DNA of 64,000 nucleotides, taken from Lama glama (Eukaryota). The position numbers and the translations under genes were made by a program. The notes below the pieces were generated by a model, which was not told the origin of the DNA, did no database searches, and saw nothing but the letters and a program-made list of their open reading frames with translations. The DNA lies in contig CM052816.1 of the NCBI GenBank assembly GCA_028534125.1, positions 81,036,001 through 81,100,000 on the forward strand, written 5' to 3'. Of this stretch, positions 39,218-52,199 are shown piece by piece. The stretch's first letter is position 1. Every line of letters begins with the position of its first letter.

Positions 39218-39612
39218 GGTAACCATGTTTGTTCTCTATGTCTGTGAGTCTGTTTCTGTTTTGTAAATAAGTTCATTTGTGTCTCTTTTTTTTTTAGATT
39301 CCACATATAAGTGATATCATTATGGTTACTGGTGGAGGAAAGAAGTGGGGAGGGGTAAATTGGGAGTTTGGGATTTGCAGATACTAACTACTATATATAA
39401 AATAGATGAACAAGTTTCTACTGTATAGCACGGGAAACTGTATTCAGTATCTTGTAGTAATCTATAATGAAAAAGAATATGAAAAGGAATATATTTGTGC
39501 CTATGCATGACTAAAACATTATGCTATACACCAGAAATTGATACAACATTGTAAACTGACTGCACTTTAAAAAAAAATAAAAATAAAACACTACTCCAAA
39601 TTTAAAAAAAAA
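39218..39612 (+). mobile_element. 5'-inverted (twin-primed) young L1 3' end
   Basis: Antisense segment 39218-39320, then sense segment 39321-39612 with polyA; imperfect TSD aagagcgggaggta / aacagcaggaggta. Confidence 0.9.
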
Positions 39613-39689
39613 AACAGCAGGAGGTAGTTAAAGCGGGGGAGCCCTGTAACTTATGGAAAATATTGCAATTGAGTCTCTGATGATAATCC

Positions 39690-41485
39690 TCTCAAAAGTC
39701 ACCAGTGATTTCCTAATTGCCAAACTCAATGGCCATTTCTCAGTCCTCAATCTCCTTGAAGTCCTGGAGGCATTTGATACCACTGATCACCTGCACCATC
39801 TTTCTTGAAACTCTTTGCAAAAGCATATAAAAACCTGCATCACCATGACTCTTTCTGATCACTCTGATTCCTCTTTCCCTGCTCCTCATTCTCTTTTGCT
39901 CACTAAACAGCAGAGTTCCCTGCTCCATTTGTCATAACCTCATCTGTCTTCTCTTCTTTATCTAGTCTCTTCTGGGGAACTCTGTCCCCTTCCAAGACTG
40001 CAAATATTGCCACTTTGAATGATTCCCAGAAGGGAAGAGGCCCTGCTTCTGCTCTCAAATCTTATTCCTTTCTCAGTTCAACCTGGATATCATACTGGTA
40101 CCTCAGACTCAGCATGTGCAAAATAGGATTTAACATGTTCAACATGACCACACAGCTCTCCTCCTGACCCCAGCTTCCAGGCTTGCTCCTGCTCTTGCAT
40201 CCCCTTTTTGTCTTTGGATCACCAGCATCTATTAACCACTCAAGCTTAAAACCCCAGAATCATCTTTGACTCTCTCCCCTATTGCTCCCTCATATGGAAC
40301 AGTTAATGAATCTATCTATCTGGTCCCCTAAAAGTCTTGTGTAATGTTTCCTTCTCCTTTCCTTCTGCCACTACACTGGTCAGGTTTTTATTATTCTCAC
40401 CAAGAGTATTACTAGGCTCTCTAAGAATTTCATGACTCTCTTCTCCCCATCTTCCATTCTGTCCTGTGCATTACACTCAGATTAATCATCCCATAGCACA
40501 ATTTTTATTATATTACTCCTCACCCCAACATCAGTGGCCCCACTGCTCATACAATAAAGGCCAAACTCCTTAGCCTAAAATTAAGATCACTGCAGAATCT
40601 GGCCACTGGCCATTCTGTATTCAGCCAAATGGAATTTTCCAATATTCCCTAGAAACATTTAACATTTATGTCTTTGTTCATGTTGTTTCCCTATCTGGAA
40701 TCCCCCCACCTATCTCTTTCTGAGACTTGCCTTAAAAACTACCTTCTCCTTGAGTATTCTTCAAGCATCTTCTTCCTGTGGCCCAGCACAACGCAAAGAT
40801 TATTTACCTGGATTCTCACTGGTTTATGTGTAGCTTCTTACGGTGTGTTCTACCAAAGATTCAAACATATACACAGGCATGAAAAAATCTAATTTTCCTG
40901 TCTAGACTAAACATTCATTTAGAGTAGGATTCATATCTTACTCATCCTTTTAGACTGAATGTGTCCCCCAAAATTCCTATGTTAAGCCCTGACCCCTCCA
41001 TATGATGGGATTTGGAGATGGAGTCTTTGGGAGGTAATTAGATGAGGTCATGAGGGTGGGGCCTTCATAATGGAATGGGTGTCTTTATACGAAGAGACAG
41101 AGAGCATGTTCTGTCTGTGTGTGTCTGTCTATCTGTCTCTCTCTTTTCTCTCTCTTCCCTTCTCCCTCTCTCCCTCTCTCTCTTGCTCTTTCCGTCTCTC
41201 CCCTTCTCCCACCTTGTACACACATGTGCACAAATTAGAGATCATGCACACAGCAAGAAGCCAGGAAAAGAACCCTCACCAAAACCTGGCCATGCTGGCA
41301 CCCTGATCTTGGACTTCCAGCATCCAGAACAGTGAGAAAATAAATGTGTTGTTTACCATCCAGTCTATTATTTTGTTAATGCAGCCTGAGCTGCTTAAGA
41401 CACTCATGGTACTTCCACATTACTTTACGTGGTGCCTGGCACATCATAGAAATTCCTAAATATTTGGCAAATGAATGAATGAATA
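39690..41485 (+). mobile_element. Long L2 fragment (interrupted by MLT1A)
   Basis: 'gtcaccagtgatttcctaattgccaaactcaatggccatttctcagtcctc' through to terminal 'gtgcctggcacat...aatgaatgaatgaat'. Confidence 0.8.
40946..41402 (+). mobile_element. MaLR MLT1A solo LTR with internal CT-rich expansion
   Basis: 'tagactgaatgtgtcccccaaaattcctatg...ctgcttaagaca'; 5-bp TSD CTCAT at 40941-40945 and 41403-41407. Confidence 0.88.
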
Positions 41486-41659
41486 TATGTGTGGAATAGG
41501 TCTTGAAAATTGTCTTTGATTAAATCACTGGGGTGGGCTATCTATCCAGCAGGCCTGACATTCAAGCTTCTCTGTATTCTGATTCCTCTCTCTTGTTCCT
41601 GTCACACCCCTGCCCCAGCTTTACCTTAACCAGTGCAAGCTCATCCCTCCTTCTAAGTC

Positions 41660-41920
41660 AGAGATGGCAAACTGGCAGCCCTGGGGTTGGATATTGCCCA
41701 ACAGTTATTTTCTTCCCAACATCATAGTGTTTTTCCAATCTTGACTTAGTTGCCAGTGTTTAAAAATTAGGAGATGTCATAGGTAAATATGGATTTGAGT
41801 CAATGGTGGCCCCCAGTGACAACTGGCTGCCATTTCTAGATGGGGTTCATACTCTTCCAACCACAGTCCCAGCTGGTTTATGTTACCTGCTTGGCCTTTG
41901 TAGAACTGTTTGACCTTGAG
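41660..41920. mobile_element. hAT-Charlie element (MER102-like)
   Basis: 'cagagatggcaaactggcagccc' TIR-like start, internal 'ttgccagtgtttaaaaattaggagat'. Confidence 0.55.
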
Positions 41921-42844
41921 AACTATGTTCTGTGTCTTTTCCCACTCTCTCTCAACTCTTTAGCTAAAATATTTATTTTCTATATCTCTTAATTTTGCCC
42001 TTCTTATGCCCAGAAGAATTCACCAACTACAACAGCCTGAAATTGCCTGTCCCCTGCACTTTGTATTTCGGTAGCACTGCACGGTTAGTATAAGTCTCCT
42101 GGAAATTAGAGTATGTCAACATTGTCCTCTCTCGCTTTTCTCATCTCTTCAGGTAAGGAAAGTTTAGAGTAAGACTCCAGAAAATTGACCAACAGTATTA
42201 ATTCTCACATATGGTGACTAACAGAGCTGGTAGTCAAACCCATGCCTTATGACTTCAGGTTCTGTTTCTTTTTCTAAATGATGAGTTCTTTCTTTACCAG
42301 TTTCTGCTGTCTTCTGCAATCCAACCTAATACAGCAAATATGTACTGAATAAGGAATATGTTAAAGGAACTCACGACTCTGTAACCTGGTGTCAGTAAAC
42401 ATTCTCACTGTAATTACTGAGAATTCTCATTCTTTAACTAGACACCCTGCTCATAGACATAGACAGCCACTAGGGAGAAGGTCTCTCCTTTACTCAATAC
42501 ATGATAACACCTACTTTAAGTACCATGCTAGATCCTAGGCATACAGTGGTAAATAAACCCAGTATTTCCTTGCCTCGATGGGGCTTAAATGTATATCCTG
42601 TTTTTCCATTAAGTTACAAATTTCTGTAGGACAGGATCTGAATCTTAATTCCTTGAATGACATAATGGACTGAATTCTTCAGTAGGTGTTTAATTTTTGT
42701 TACCGATGGCAAATGTTCTCAAATACTTCCTGCTGGACGCAGTGTTTGCCCCTGCCTTCTCTACTGCCCTTCAAAACCTCTCTCTGACTCCTAAAAACTG
42801 ATTCTTACAGAGCCAATGTTCCTAATCCTAAGGACAAGAATAGG

Positions 42845-42972
42845 TAGGGCTTTGTGGCAGTATGACCTGTGCAGTTATACAGAGCCCTGTGCTTGCTTTA
42901 ATGCTCTGCTGTTACCATTTTGAAATTCTTAATAATTTTTAAACAAGGAGCCTGTTTTGTAACCTGTCCTGA
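42845..42972. mobile_element. MER45-like hAT-Tip100 fragment
   Basis: 'tttaatgctctgctgttaccattttgaaattcttaataattt' is similar to the reverse complement of 60730-60775. Confidence 0.6.
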
Positions 42973-43244
42973 GAACAGAATTGAGGATGGCAGCCAATAT
43001 AACTTTATTGTCATTATCATGAGTTTGCTAATAGGCTCCTCTTCAGTATGTATTCAGTCCTACTTAAGTGCAGAAAAACAGCAGGGACGTAGTTTAAAAG
43101 ATATCTTTGTATTTTAAGTTATTTGTATTCTGTGGTACCTAACAGAGTGGGACATTTTAAGATTCAATAGAAATAACAGTGGCTCTAAGATAACAGTGTC
43201 ATGCTTCTTTCCCTAGACTACCAGCATTTTTAGGATTGATGTAG

Positions 43245-43433
43245 CAATGGTTCTTAAAGTGTGAGCCCAGGACCAGCAGTATAAGGGTCACCTGGGAACT
43301 TGTTAGAAATGCAAATTCTTGGGCCCCCTCCCTAGACTTACTGAGTCAGAAATTCTAAAAGTAGGACCTAATATCTGTGTTTTAACAAGCCCTTCAGATG
43401 ATTCTGGAATATGATGAAAATTGGCAACCACTG
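43245..43433. mobile_element. MER5A hAT-Charlie MITE
   Basis: 'caatggttcttaaagtgtg...ggaccagcag...cacctgggaacttgttagaaatgcaaattct...caaccactg', full length, about 190 bp. Confidence 0.9.
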
Positions 43434-46400
43434 GGTTGTAGCATTGTTGGCTCAGTCTGTCTCCTACTACTGTTTCTCAGCCAAGTGTGAATTATCTAAC
43501 ATAGACCCACTGAAGGACAACTGAGAAATATTCAGGCTTAGAAAACTTTGCTTTAATGAGTTTGTATGAAGAGAGGGGAAAACAGCAGAACTGATTTTTT
43601 TCTTGGGCAACAGATTTGTTTATCCTGCTCCTTTGAAGTCAGAGCCAATAAATCCGAGCACAGACACATTTTGGAGATAACACCATAGAGCCCTACCCCT
43701 GAGACTGAGCTTCAATCATAAGGCCCCACCCCCATGTTTTACCAATGAGAAAATCAAGACCCGGAGAACTTGCCAGAGGTCACCCAATCCCCAACCCCTG
43801 ACTCCTGCATTCACTGAAAAGGAAAGTAAAAAAGTAAAAATCAGATTCACCTTGCTGATCGTTTGGTACCCTTCATGGCTGGGCACTTAGGGAAGCAGCC
43901 ATTCCATCCAGAGCTCTAATAACTGCAGTGCCATTAAGCATTCATTTCTTGCCTGTATACCTTTAGGTGGTATGATGTCAGAACACATACTTAATCTTAA
44001 AGAGATAGACTTCATGTTCTCCTCTACTTTCAAATATTCACTTTTTCCTTTGCAGCCAGGAAGGCAAGACAGTGGTGGAGTTGTGTAGTTGATGACCGAC
44101 TTTCACCCTTTGGGAGGAAGATGAGCCCTGCTTGTAGGTGGCCATGCTCAGCTCCAGGCTGCTTTTCTCCACACCTGGTTCTCGTTTGTAACACCAAAAG
44201 CATTTCATGCTTATTAAGCATCATCTGGTCCCAATTTCTAAACCACAAGTTTGGCTTGGTTTGTTTTTAATAAGCGGTTACAACAGAGTCCACCTTTTCA
44301 GTGTGATGATGTCTCTTAAACCCAGCTATTGGCATCTTGGAAATTTAGACTAATGTGACTGTAATAAGAGGTTGAAAGCATGAAGGACACAAATCCTGAA
44401 ATTTGTGATGTTTTCCTGCCTAGATACGACACAGATTTATTTTCAACACAAGTATTCGAAGATAAAGATGGTCATGTTTAATGGAAATTGTATAATGATT
44501 TTTACTTTTGCATGGTAGTCCATATCTCCATTTTTCTTCCCCAATTTTGAATTTAAAGAATTCCTAGATCTTATTCAAAATTATTTTGAAGGGATGAAGC
44601 CGGAGGAACTCTTCATCATTGCTCAATTTCTATTTCTCAGTATTTTGCAATTGGTATCACTTAGTTTTTTGACAGCCAGTGGTTCTGTATGTAGTATTTT
44701 GTCACTGCATTTGGCTAACAGAAGAGAGCAGAGTTAAGACATTCATCTTCTTTTAAGAAGAGACAGTCAAGAGTCTGTTAGTTCCAAGTTAAATATAATT
44801 GTAAAGTCACAAGGTTTAAAAAGGATATATAACTGATAGTTAAATTTTAACAGGATTTTCCAGCTTTCTTTATAATGCATTTTTAAATGCCCATTGCCTG
44901 GTATTAAACACCCTTAACCATTCATGTATTGGGCAGGGAAATTGTAAATGTAGCGTGTTACATTCCTTGATGTTGGGTTAACGTCAAAGGTTTGGACCAG
45001 TGTGGCATGATTCTGAAGCCATCTCAATTCTCTTTCTTTAAATCAAAGGCCAACCTGGATTGGTGCAAATGTTTAATTTTTCTTCTAAAATAAGCGGAAT
45101 GTATGTTTCCAAGTTCTCCTACCTTCAGGAGAAATAGACCTCATATGAATGACCAATAACCAAGTCTAAATCCTCTTCCTGTGTGCTTTCAAAAGTTGTC
45201 TTCTTCACAAGTTTTTCCAAGAAGTTCTAAAACATGTTTATATGTTTCACAGATCTGTCCTACCATAGCCTTTACTCCACCCCACTTTTCTAATTTAATT
45301 GTCCAGTGTCATCATCTCTAAGCTACAAAAGGTCAAAGTTCTTTTCTACCTCTTCACTATTATATCCTCATGTATGCCCAGAACAGTGTCTGACACATAA
45401 TAGCTTAATTTCTTGGGTAATGGATTGAAGAGTGACTAAATGAGTGAATACATTGGACACATATCTACCATGATGATCCATCCTTAAGCTTCAAAATTTA
45501 GATTTTTTTATGCAAATGAGAAAAAGGTAGAGAAATCACATGAATAGTGATCTAAATTTCTATATTATTCCCAGGGACAATCTCTAAATTAATACTACTA
45601 TTCAGTAATGCTATCTATATTAATTGAATTTATTATTTGGATTATATGCTCTAGTTATCATTGCAGTAATTCCTACAGAGAGGGGATTTGTTGTCAATGT
45701 TTACGAATTTCTGTGTGATATTTTGCTCATAGCTTACCTCTTAATATATTTTCTATATAGAAATTTGTCCATGGGTTACACAAATTAGTGAAGGGATGTA
45801 GGAGCTTTACAAATGTCCAATAGCATATTTTCATTTTTCTTCCCTTTGGAAGTCTGAGTTCATGGCTAAAATAGATCACAAATTTTACATCTGTCCATTC
45901 CTTTATATTTCAAAATTCCAGATTAGTAAATCCAAAAGGCCAGATAAAGATTATTACTATTAATGATCACATTTTGTGGTAGACTCATCTATCAGTGCTG
46001 TCAATAATTACCCAATAGTATGAGTTAAACTCCTGACTCTGAATAAAATATGTTTCTGCTACTCTTTCCTTATAGCTTTAGCTTTTGGCATTAAAGGCAT
46101 TTCTCATCTCTGGGGCATAAACATATTTTCAAAACTGCTTTTTCTCTCAATTACTCACCATACCTCTCAGGGTGATTTTAATCCCAATAAGAAATGGACT
46201 TGCCCTCATTTGGGAAGGATTCAGACTCTAGAGGTTAGTTCTCATAAAATCTGTTCTCTTCTGCATCAACCATATCTTTCAGGAAAACCCTAATCTTTAT
46301 GCATCTCACATATTAATGACCAAATAAGAAGATGTTGAGTCAGCTCACAATGCCCAAGTATCTTTATTTAAGTAAGAAAGTATCAGATTTAAAACAAAGT

Positions 46401-46799
46401 ACTGAAAAAATATGTTAAAATATTTTCTCAAACAGTACGATGACTTTTGATATTCCCACTCACAGACTCAACTTTTTTTTAAACTGACCCTTCTTGGTGT
46501 CTTACATTCTTTTAAGCACATAGTGCTTTTCCTTATATTATCTCATTTGACCACAGTACAGTTCTGTAAATTGTACAGACAACATGCCCAGTCTTTGTGG
46601 TAAAACTGATTACTCTGATTTACCTCTGATTACTTCTGTGAACTTGATCAAATTATTTATCCTCACTGAGCTCAGTTTTCTTGTTGTAAAGTAAGATTAA
46701 TACTGCTTACCCCATATAACTATTAAGATAATTAGATGGGGAAAATGCTTGGATAACAGGGACTACACCTGTTGAAGATGAAATTCATTTATACCTGTA

Positions 46800-47245
46800 A
46801 GTGATTTTGATCAATATGTACATTAGCTTCAAGCAGTGTGACTTGTTCACTCAAACATGTTTTGGAACTCTATGCATCTTAGCACAGAGATTGACTTCTT
46901 GCCTTTTAAATGGTCAAATAATGCTTCATAGGATAAATGTTCCAATTTGGTTTTATTGTGTTTACATTTTTGCTTTTGCTTTTATTTTCAGTTGTTCCCC
47001 TACAGATGGCCATTTAAGTTGCTGCCAACATTTTTTCTATTACAACAATATTACAATGAACCTCATACATATTCCCTTGCACATCTGTGATAGCAATTAC
47101 TATGGTAAATGCCAATTTTTGAGGCATAAGGTATACACATTTTTAGTTAGAATAGAAAATATCAAACTACTCTCCAGAGAAGCTCTTCAAAAATGCATTT
47201 CACCTCATCTTTAACAACATGTCAAATGTCATATACTTATCCAAA
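46800..47245 (-). mobile_element. Ancient L1M fragment (host of the nested L1s; resumes at about 49120-49400)
   Basis: 'cagttgttcccctacagatggccatttaagttgctgcca' is antisense L1 3' region. Confidence 0.6.
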
Positions 47246-47996
47246 CTTTTAGATTCAACACCTGACAAACTAGAAATAGAAGGAATGTAGCTCAACATAA
47301 TGAAAGCCATTTATGAAAAGACCACAGCTAATATCATACTCAATTGTGAAAGACTGAAAGTTTTTCCTCTAAGAGAGCAAGGCAAGGATGCTTCTATTCA
47401 ACATAGTATTGTAATTCCTAGTCAGAGTAATTAGACAAGAAAAAGAAATAAAAAGCCTCTAAATGGGGAAGGAAGAAATAAAGTTATCTTTGTTCATGGA
47501 TGACATGATCTTATATGTAGAAAACCCTAAAGATTTCACACAAAAATAAACTAATCAACAAATACAGCAAAGTTTCAGGATACAAAATCAACATGCAAAA
47601 AATAGTTTCATTTCTGTACACTAACAATGACTAATCCAAAAAGGAAATTAAGAAACAATTTCACTTATGATAGCATCAGAAGGAATAAATTACTTAGGAA
47701 TAAACTTAACCAAGGAAGTGAAAGACATACACTGAAAACTACAAAACATTGCTGAAAAGAATTAAAGAAGACACAAATAAATGGAAAGACATCTCATGTT
47801 TATGGATTGGAAGATTTAATACTGTTGAGATGTTTATACTACCCAGATTGTTCTACAGATTCAGTTCAATCCCTATCAAAATCTTAATGATATTCTTTGC
47901 AGAAATATAAAATTCATGTTAAAATTCATATGGAATCTCAAGGGATCCTGAATAGTCAAAACAATTTTGAGAAGGAGAATCAAAGTTGGAGGACTC

Positions 47997-48148
47997 TAGG
48001 AATCTATAATGGAAAAGAATTTGAAAACAAATATGTGTATGTATATGTATGGCTGAAACATTATGCTCTACATCAGAAATTGACACAACATTGTAAACTG
48101 ACTATACCACAAAAAAAAATTTTTTTTAATCCTTAAACTTGAAACAAA
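47997..48148 (+). mobile_element. Short young L1 3' end nested in older L1
   Basis: Perfect 15-bp TSD aaagttggaggactc at 47982-47996 and 48149-48163. Confidence 0.88.
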
Positions 48149-48762
48149 AAAGTTGGAGGACTCACACTTCCTGGTTTGGAAACATATTATAAAGCTACGG
48201 TAGTTAAAGCAATGTGGTACTAGCATAAAAACAGACAAATGGAACAATGGAATAGAATACAGAGCCCAGAAATAAATCCTTGCATATATGGTCAAATGAT
48301 CTTTAACAAGGGTACCAAGTCCACTCAGTGGGGAAAGAGCAATCTCTCAACAAGTGATATTGGGAAAACTGGCTATTCACATCCAAAAGGATTAAGTTAG
48401 ACCATTATCTTAAACCATATACTAAAATTGAAACAGTAAAGATCTAAATATAAGACCTAAAGTTATAAAGTTCCTAGAAGAGAATGTAAAGGAAAAGCTT
48501 CATGACATTGGATTTGTCAATGATTTCTTGGATATGGCAACAAAAACACAGTCAACAAAAGCAAAAACAGACAGATGGAACTACATCAAACTTAAAAAAA
48601 ATTGTACATCAGAGAATACAATTAACAGAGTGAAAAAGCAGCCTATGAGATAGGAGAAGATATTTGCAAATCATATATCTGGTAAGTGGTTTACATCCAG
48701 AATACATAAGGAACTCCTATAACTCAGCAACAAAAGATCAAATAACCCAATTCAAAATGGCA

Positions 48763-49036
48763 GTACAGTTTCACTTATATGAGGTACTTAAAGTAGTCAA
48801 AATCCTAGGGACAAAAGTTAGGCTGGTGGTTTCCTGGGGTTAGGAGAAGGGGAATAGGGAGCTATTGTTTAATAGATACAATAGAGTTTCAGTTTTGCAA
48901 GATGAAAAGTGTTCTGAAGAAGGAAAGTGGTGGTGGTTTTACAATAATATCAATGTACTTAATACCACTGAAGTATATACTTCAAAATGATTAAGACGGT
49001 AGTTTTTATGTTATGTGTATTGTAGCATACTGGGGA
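48763..49036 (+). mobile_element. L1MB-like 3' UTR nested in older L1
   Basis: 'ttcacttatatgaggtac...gtttcagttttgcaagatgaaaag'; flanking repeat aaaatggca at 48754-48762 and 49037-49045. Confidence 0.8.
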
Positions 49037-49509
49037 AAAATGGCAAAGGACTTAAATAGGCATTTCTCCAAAGAAGTTATACAGATGACCAATAAGCACG
49101 TGAAAAGATTTAAAAGAAGCTCAGGTTGTCAGGTGGCATAAACATTTTTTAAACGTTTTTTATCAGGATCCCACTGATTTTATTAAATAATCTGAGGAAA
49201 ATCAGCAACTTTATGATATTGAATCATTTCACTCACAAACATATGGTGTATAGCTCCTTTTTTCAAATCTTCTCTCATGTTCTTCAATAAAGTTTTATAG
49301 TTTTTTTCTGCATAGTTTTCCTTACACAATTATTGTTAAACCTGTTCCTAGGCACTTGGCAGTTGTTGCTCTTATGAATGAGATCTTTTTTTCTATTGAG
49401 GGAAAAGGTTAGGAAAGATGTAACACATGAAACTCTTTTTGGGAGGAACAGCTGTTCTTAACTGGGATTTGCCTAAGGGCCAGGAGTCATTCTAGATGCT
49501 GTATAGATA

Positions 49510-49665
49510 CTATCTTATATAATTTCCATGATAGCTTATGAGGTAGGTATTATCGTCCCCATTTCACAGATGGGAAAAAGAAGACATCCAGAGTTAAGTA
49601 GTATGCCCTCCATCACACGGGCTGAGGTTCAAATCCAATCAGTGCTTGTGTTGCTTTACCATATT
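49510..49665 (-). mobile_element. MIR SINE
   Basis: 'gaggtaggtattatcgtccccatttcacagatggg'. Confidence 0.75.
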
Positions 49666-51726
49666 TCTCCACTGAGGAGGAGCAAACTGCAATATCTACA
49701 GGCTTACAGATGTTTAAAAATTGAGGGAAACAAGTCCATTTAAATGAAGAGGGAAGGGTGAGGACTGTAGCAAACTTAAGAGCCCAGACCCCATGTAAAG
49801 GGGATAACATGAGGAAATGTGGTCTTTTGAGGCTGGAATTTTGAATTTTTTTTTTTCATGAGAAGCTGGGAATCTGGAATTTTGCCTCCCAAATTGTAAA
49901 TGTTGGTTACTAGTTTTAATTAAAAATTAAAAGACTCTTGAGATAAAGCATCTGTAAACAGGCTATCGGCTTGCAAACTGTAACATACTGCCTCCCCCAA
50001 AATAAGTTTTGAGCAGCCAGGGGGCAGCAGGAGGGTGTAGAGTGTCACTGGAAGATGATAGAAAGGCAAGTCCAGTCCACTTTGCAGTTTTGCCCAGAGT
50101 GCAGACGCAGGAAGCAGGGAGGTCCAGCTATCACGTTGCAGAGCAAGGCCCCACAGAGACTGGAGGAGGATGAGGTAAGGCCCCACTGCTGGTGCACATT
50201 CCATCTCCTCCAGGCATCCCTGGGGAGGGCACATTCCTCATGGTCAAGTGGCAGAGTTGTTGATTTAAAAGATTCTTAGAATATTCTGTTCAGTACCCCA
50301 GTGGGTTTTTCTTGCTTTGGAAACGATATATATCTAAGCCATGCCTTGGACTGCAGGACCTCCATAGAAGTGAGCAGGAAGATTGTCACAACTAGATCCC
50401 TGTGCAGGGTCTCCTGGGGCCTGGCAAGTCCCTTCAGGTCCGCGTCTATTGATTTCTTTTTCCCTTCCCAGAGAAGACTGCGGGCCATACCACCAAGTCA
50501 CAAACTAATTCTACATTCTTTCCTATAAATTTTAGCTTCTACAGAAAATTGGAAGATTAGCTATTGTCCTGTAGAGAATCTGCAAGGGTTTTTCCAATGA
50601 AGTTTTAAAATAGTTGCAAAGTTACTTACAATTACTTTCAGAAAATATAAGTAACTAAACAATAAGCCCTCCTTCCTTGGATGCAACTGGCTCCCTGAAA
50701 TTATTTAGAGGATCTGGATTATAGACCAGATGCGAGATGATGAGGAATGCAAAGAGAAGGTTTCCACAGATCCAGGTATAAGAAAAGAGCCATCTGATTC
50801 AGAGATTTGACTGCAAGTTGTGAAAGGAAATGCTAGGCATAGGTGTGATCACCTGCTTCTCTCACTGGGGGACCAGTTACGAAGCCCACCTGGACAGGCT
50901 GTTGACACATGTACTTTAAAAAGCTTCTCTTCTATTTCTAATATTTTCTCTCCCCACCACCCCCTAAAATGTCCAACTGAGAATCTCTGCGGTAAAAGAA
51001 AAGAGAGAGGAAAAGGTCAAATTGTCCTGAGATAGCAAGGCTGTGGATTGGCCAAGCTGGACACAATGCAAGATTGAAATTGCTCCTAAGAAAGATGTGA
51101 AAAGGTCCTTTACTGTTTACTACAACCTCATTGTGACTTGGTTGCATTCTACAGTCCCCTGGGGAAATGATAACAAGATACAGTGCTTTACAGAGCAATG
51201 CTCCTATTGTTCCCCTACAGTACAAGGCTTCTCAGAGATGGTGCCCTGGAGCTGTAACCCTAATTTCTTTTTAACATTCACAACCAACCCAACAGTGCTT
51301 GCAGATAAAGACCCCAGAGATATTGTGCTACTTTCTCAATGAAAGAAATAGAAGCTCTTCTAAGTTCCGCTGCAGAACAGAGCACAGTATAATACATTCC
51401 ATTATGCATTTATTCCCTCCACCGTGGGCATGTGATATACAGATAGTTCCCAACATGTGCACGCTCTGCTTCTCCAGTAGTTCTCCTCCAGTGCCCTCTC
51501 CCATCCCACCTTCCTGCTCCAGTGCATTCCAGGCAATACCCAGCAGATGCTCTGTCTCTCCTGCCTCTGTGCCTACTCCCACCCTGCTGGCTCCCAGCAG
51601 CAGCAACACTCTTACTAATGACTCTAGTTTATGGATTCCCCTACTCTCCGCCTCAGCTACATTCTCCATTTAATCGTCACACTAAATTTGTTGCTGTTGT
51701 TTGTTAGTTTCAATCAGTAAGTGAAG

Positions 51727-52198
51727 TTTTTTGTTTGTTTGTTTTGGTTTGTTTCTTTTTTTTAAAACTGAAGTATAGCCAGTTGCATTGTATCAGTTTC
51801 TGATGAACAACATAATATCCCAGATATATGTGTGTGTGTGTGTGTTTTCATATTCTTTTTCATTAAAGGTTATTACAAGATATTGAATATAGTTCCCTGT
51901 GCTACACAGAAGAAATCTGTTTCTTATCTATTTTTATATATAGTGGTTAACATTGCAAATCTCAAACTCCCAAAATTACCCCTTCCCACCCCCTTTCCCC
52001 AGTAACCATAATATTGTTTACTATGTCTACAAGCCTGTTTCTTTTGTAGATCAGTTCATTAATGTCCTCCTTTTTCTTTTTCTTTTCTTTTCTTTCTTTT
52101 TTAGATTCCACATATGAGTGATATCATATGGTATTTTTCTTTCTCTTTCTGGCTTACTTCACTTAGAATGACAATCTCCAGTCCATCCATGTTGCTAC
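51727..52198 (-). mobile_element. Young lineage-specific L1 3' end
   Basis: T-rich tail, 'gaagtatag...ttacaagatattgaatatagttccctgtgcta...ggcttacttcacttagaatgacaatctcc'. Confidence 0.88.
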
Positions 52199-52199
52199 T

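Larger units (their letters stand above)
47255..49112 (+). mobile_element. L1 (L1MA/MB) ORF2 RT to C-terminal region with nested insertions
   Basis: 'tatgaaaagaccacagctaatatcatactcaat...gatgacatgatcttatatgtagaaaaccctaaaga' is the FADDM-equivalent RT motif region; many stops. Confidence 0.92.

Noticed and set aside
32465..48750. Apparent long direct duplication between ~32.5-33.85 kb and ~47.6-48.75 kb
   Set aside because: Both are independent L1 ORF2 copies with different nested insertions and unrelated flanks; not a segmental duplication
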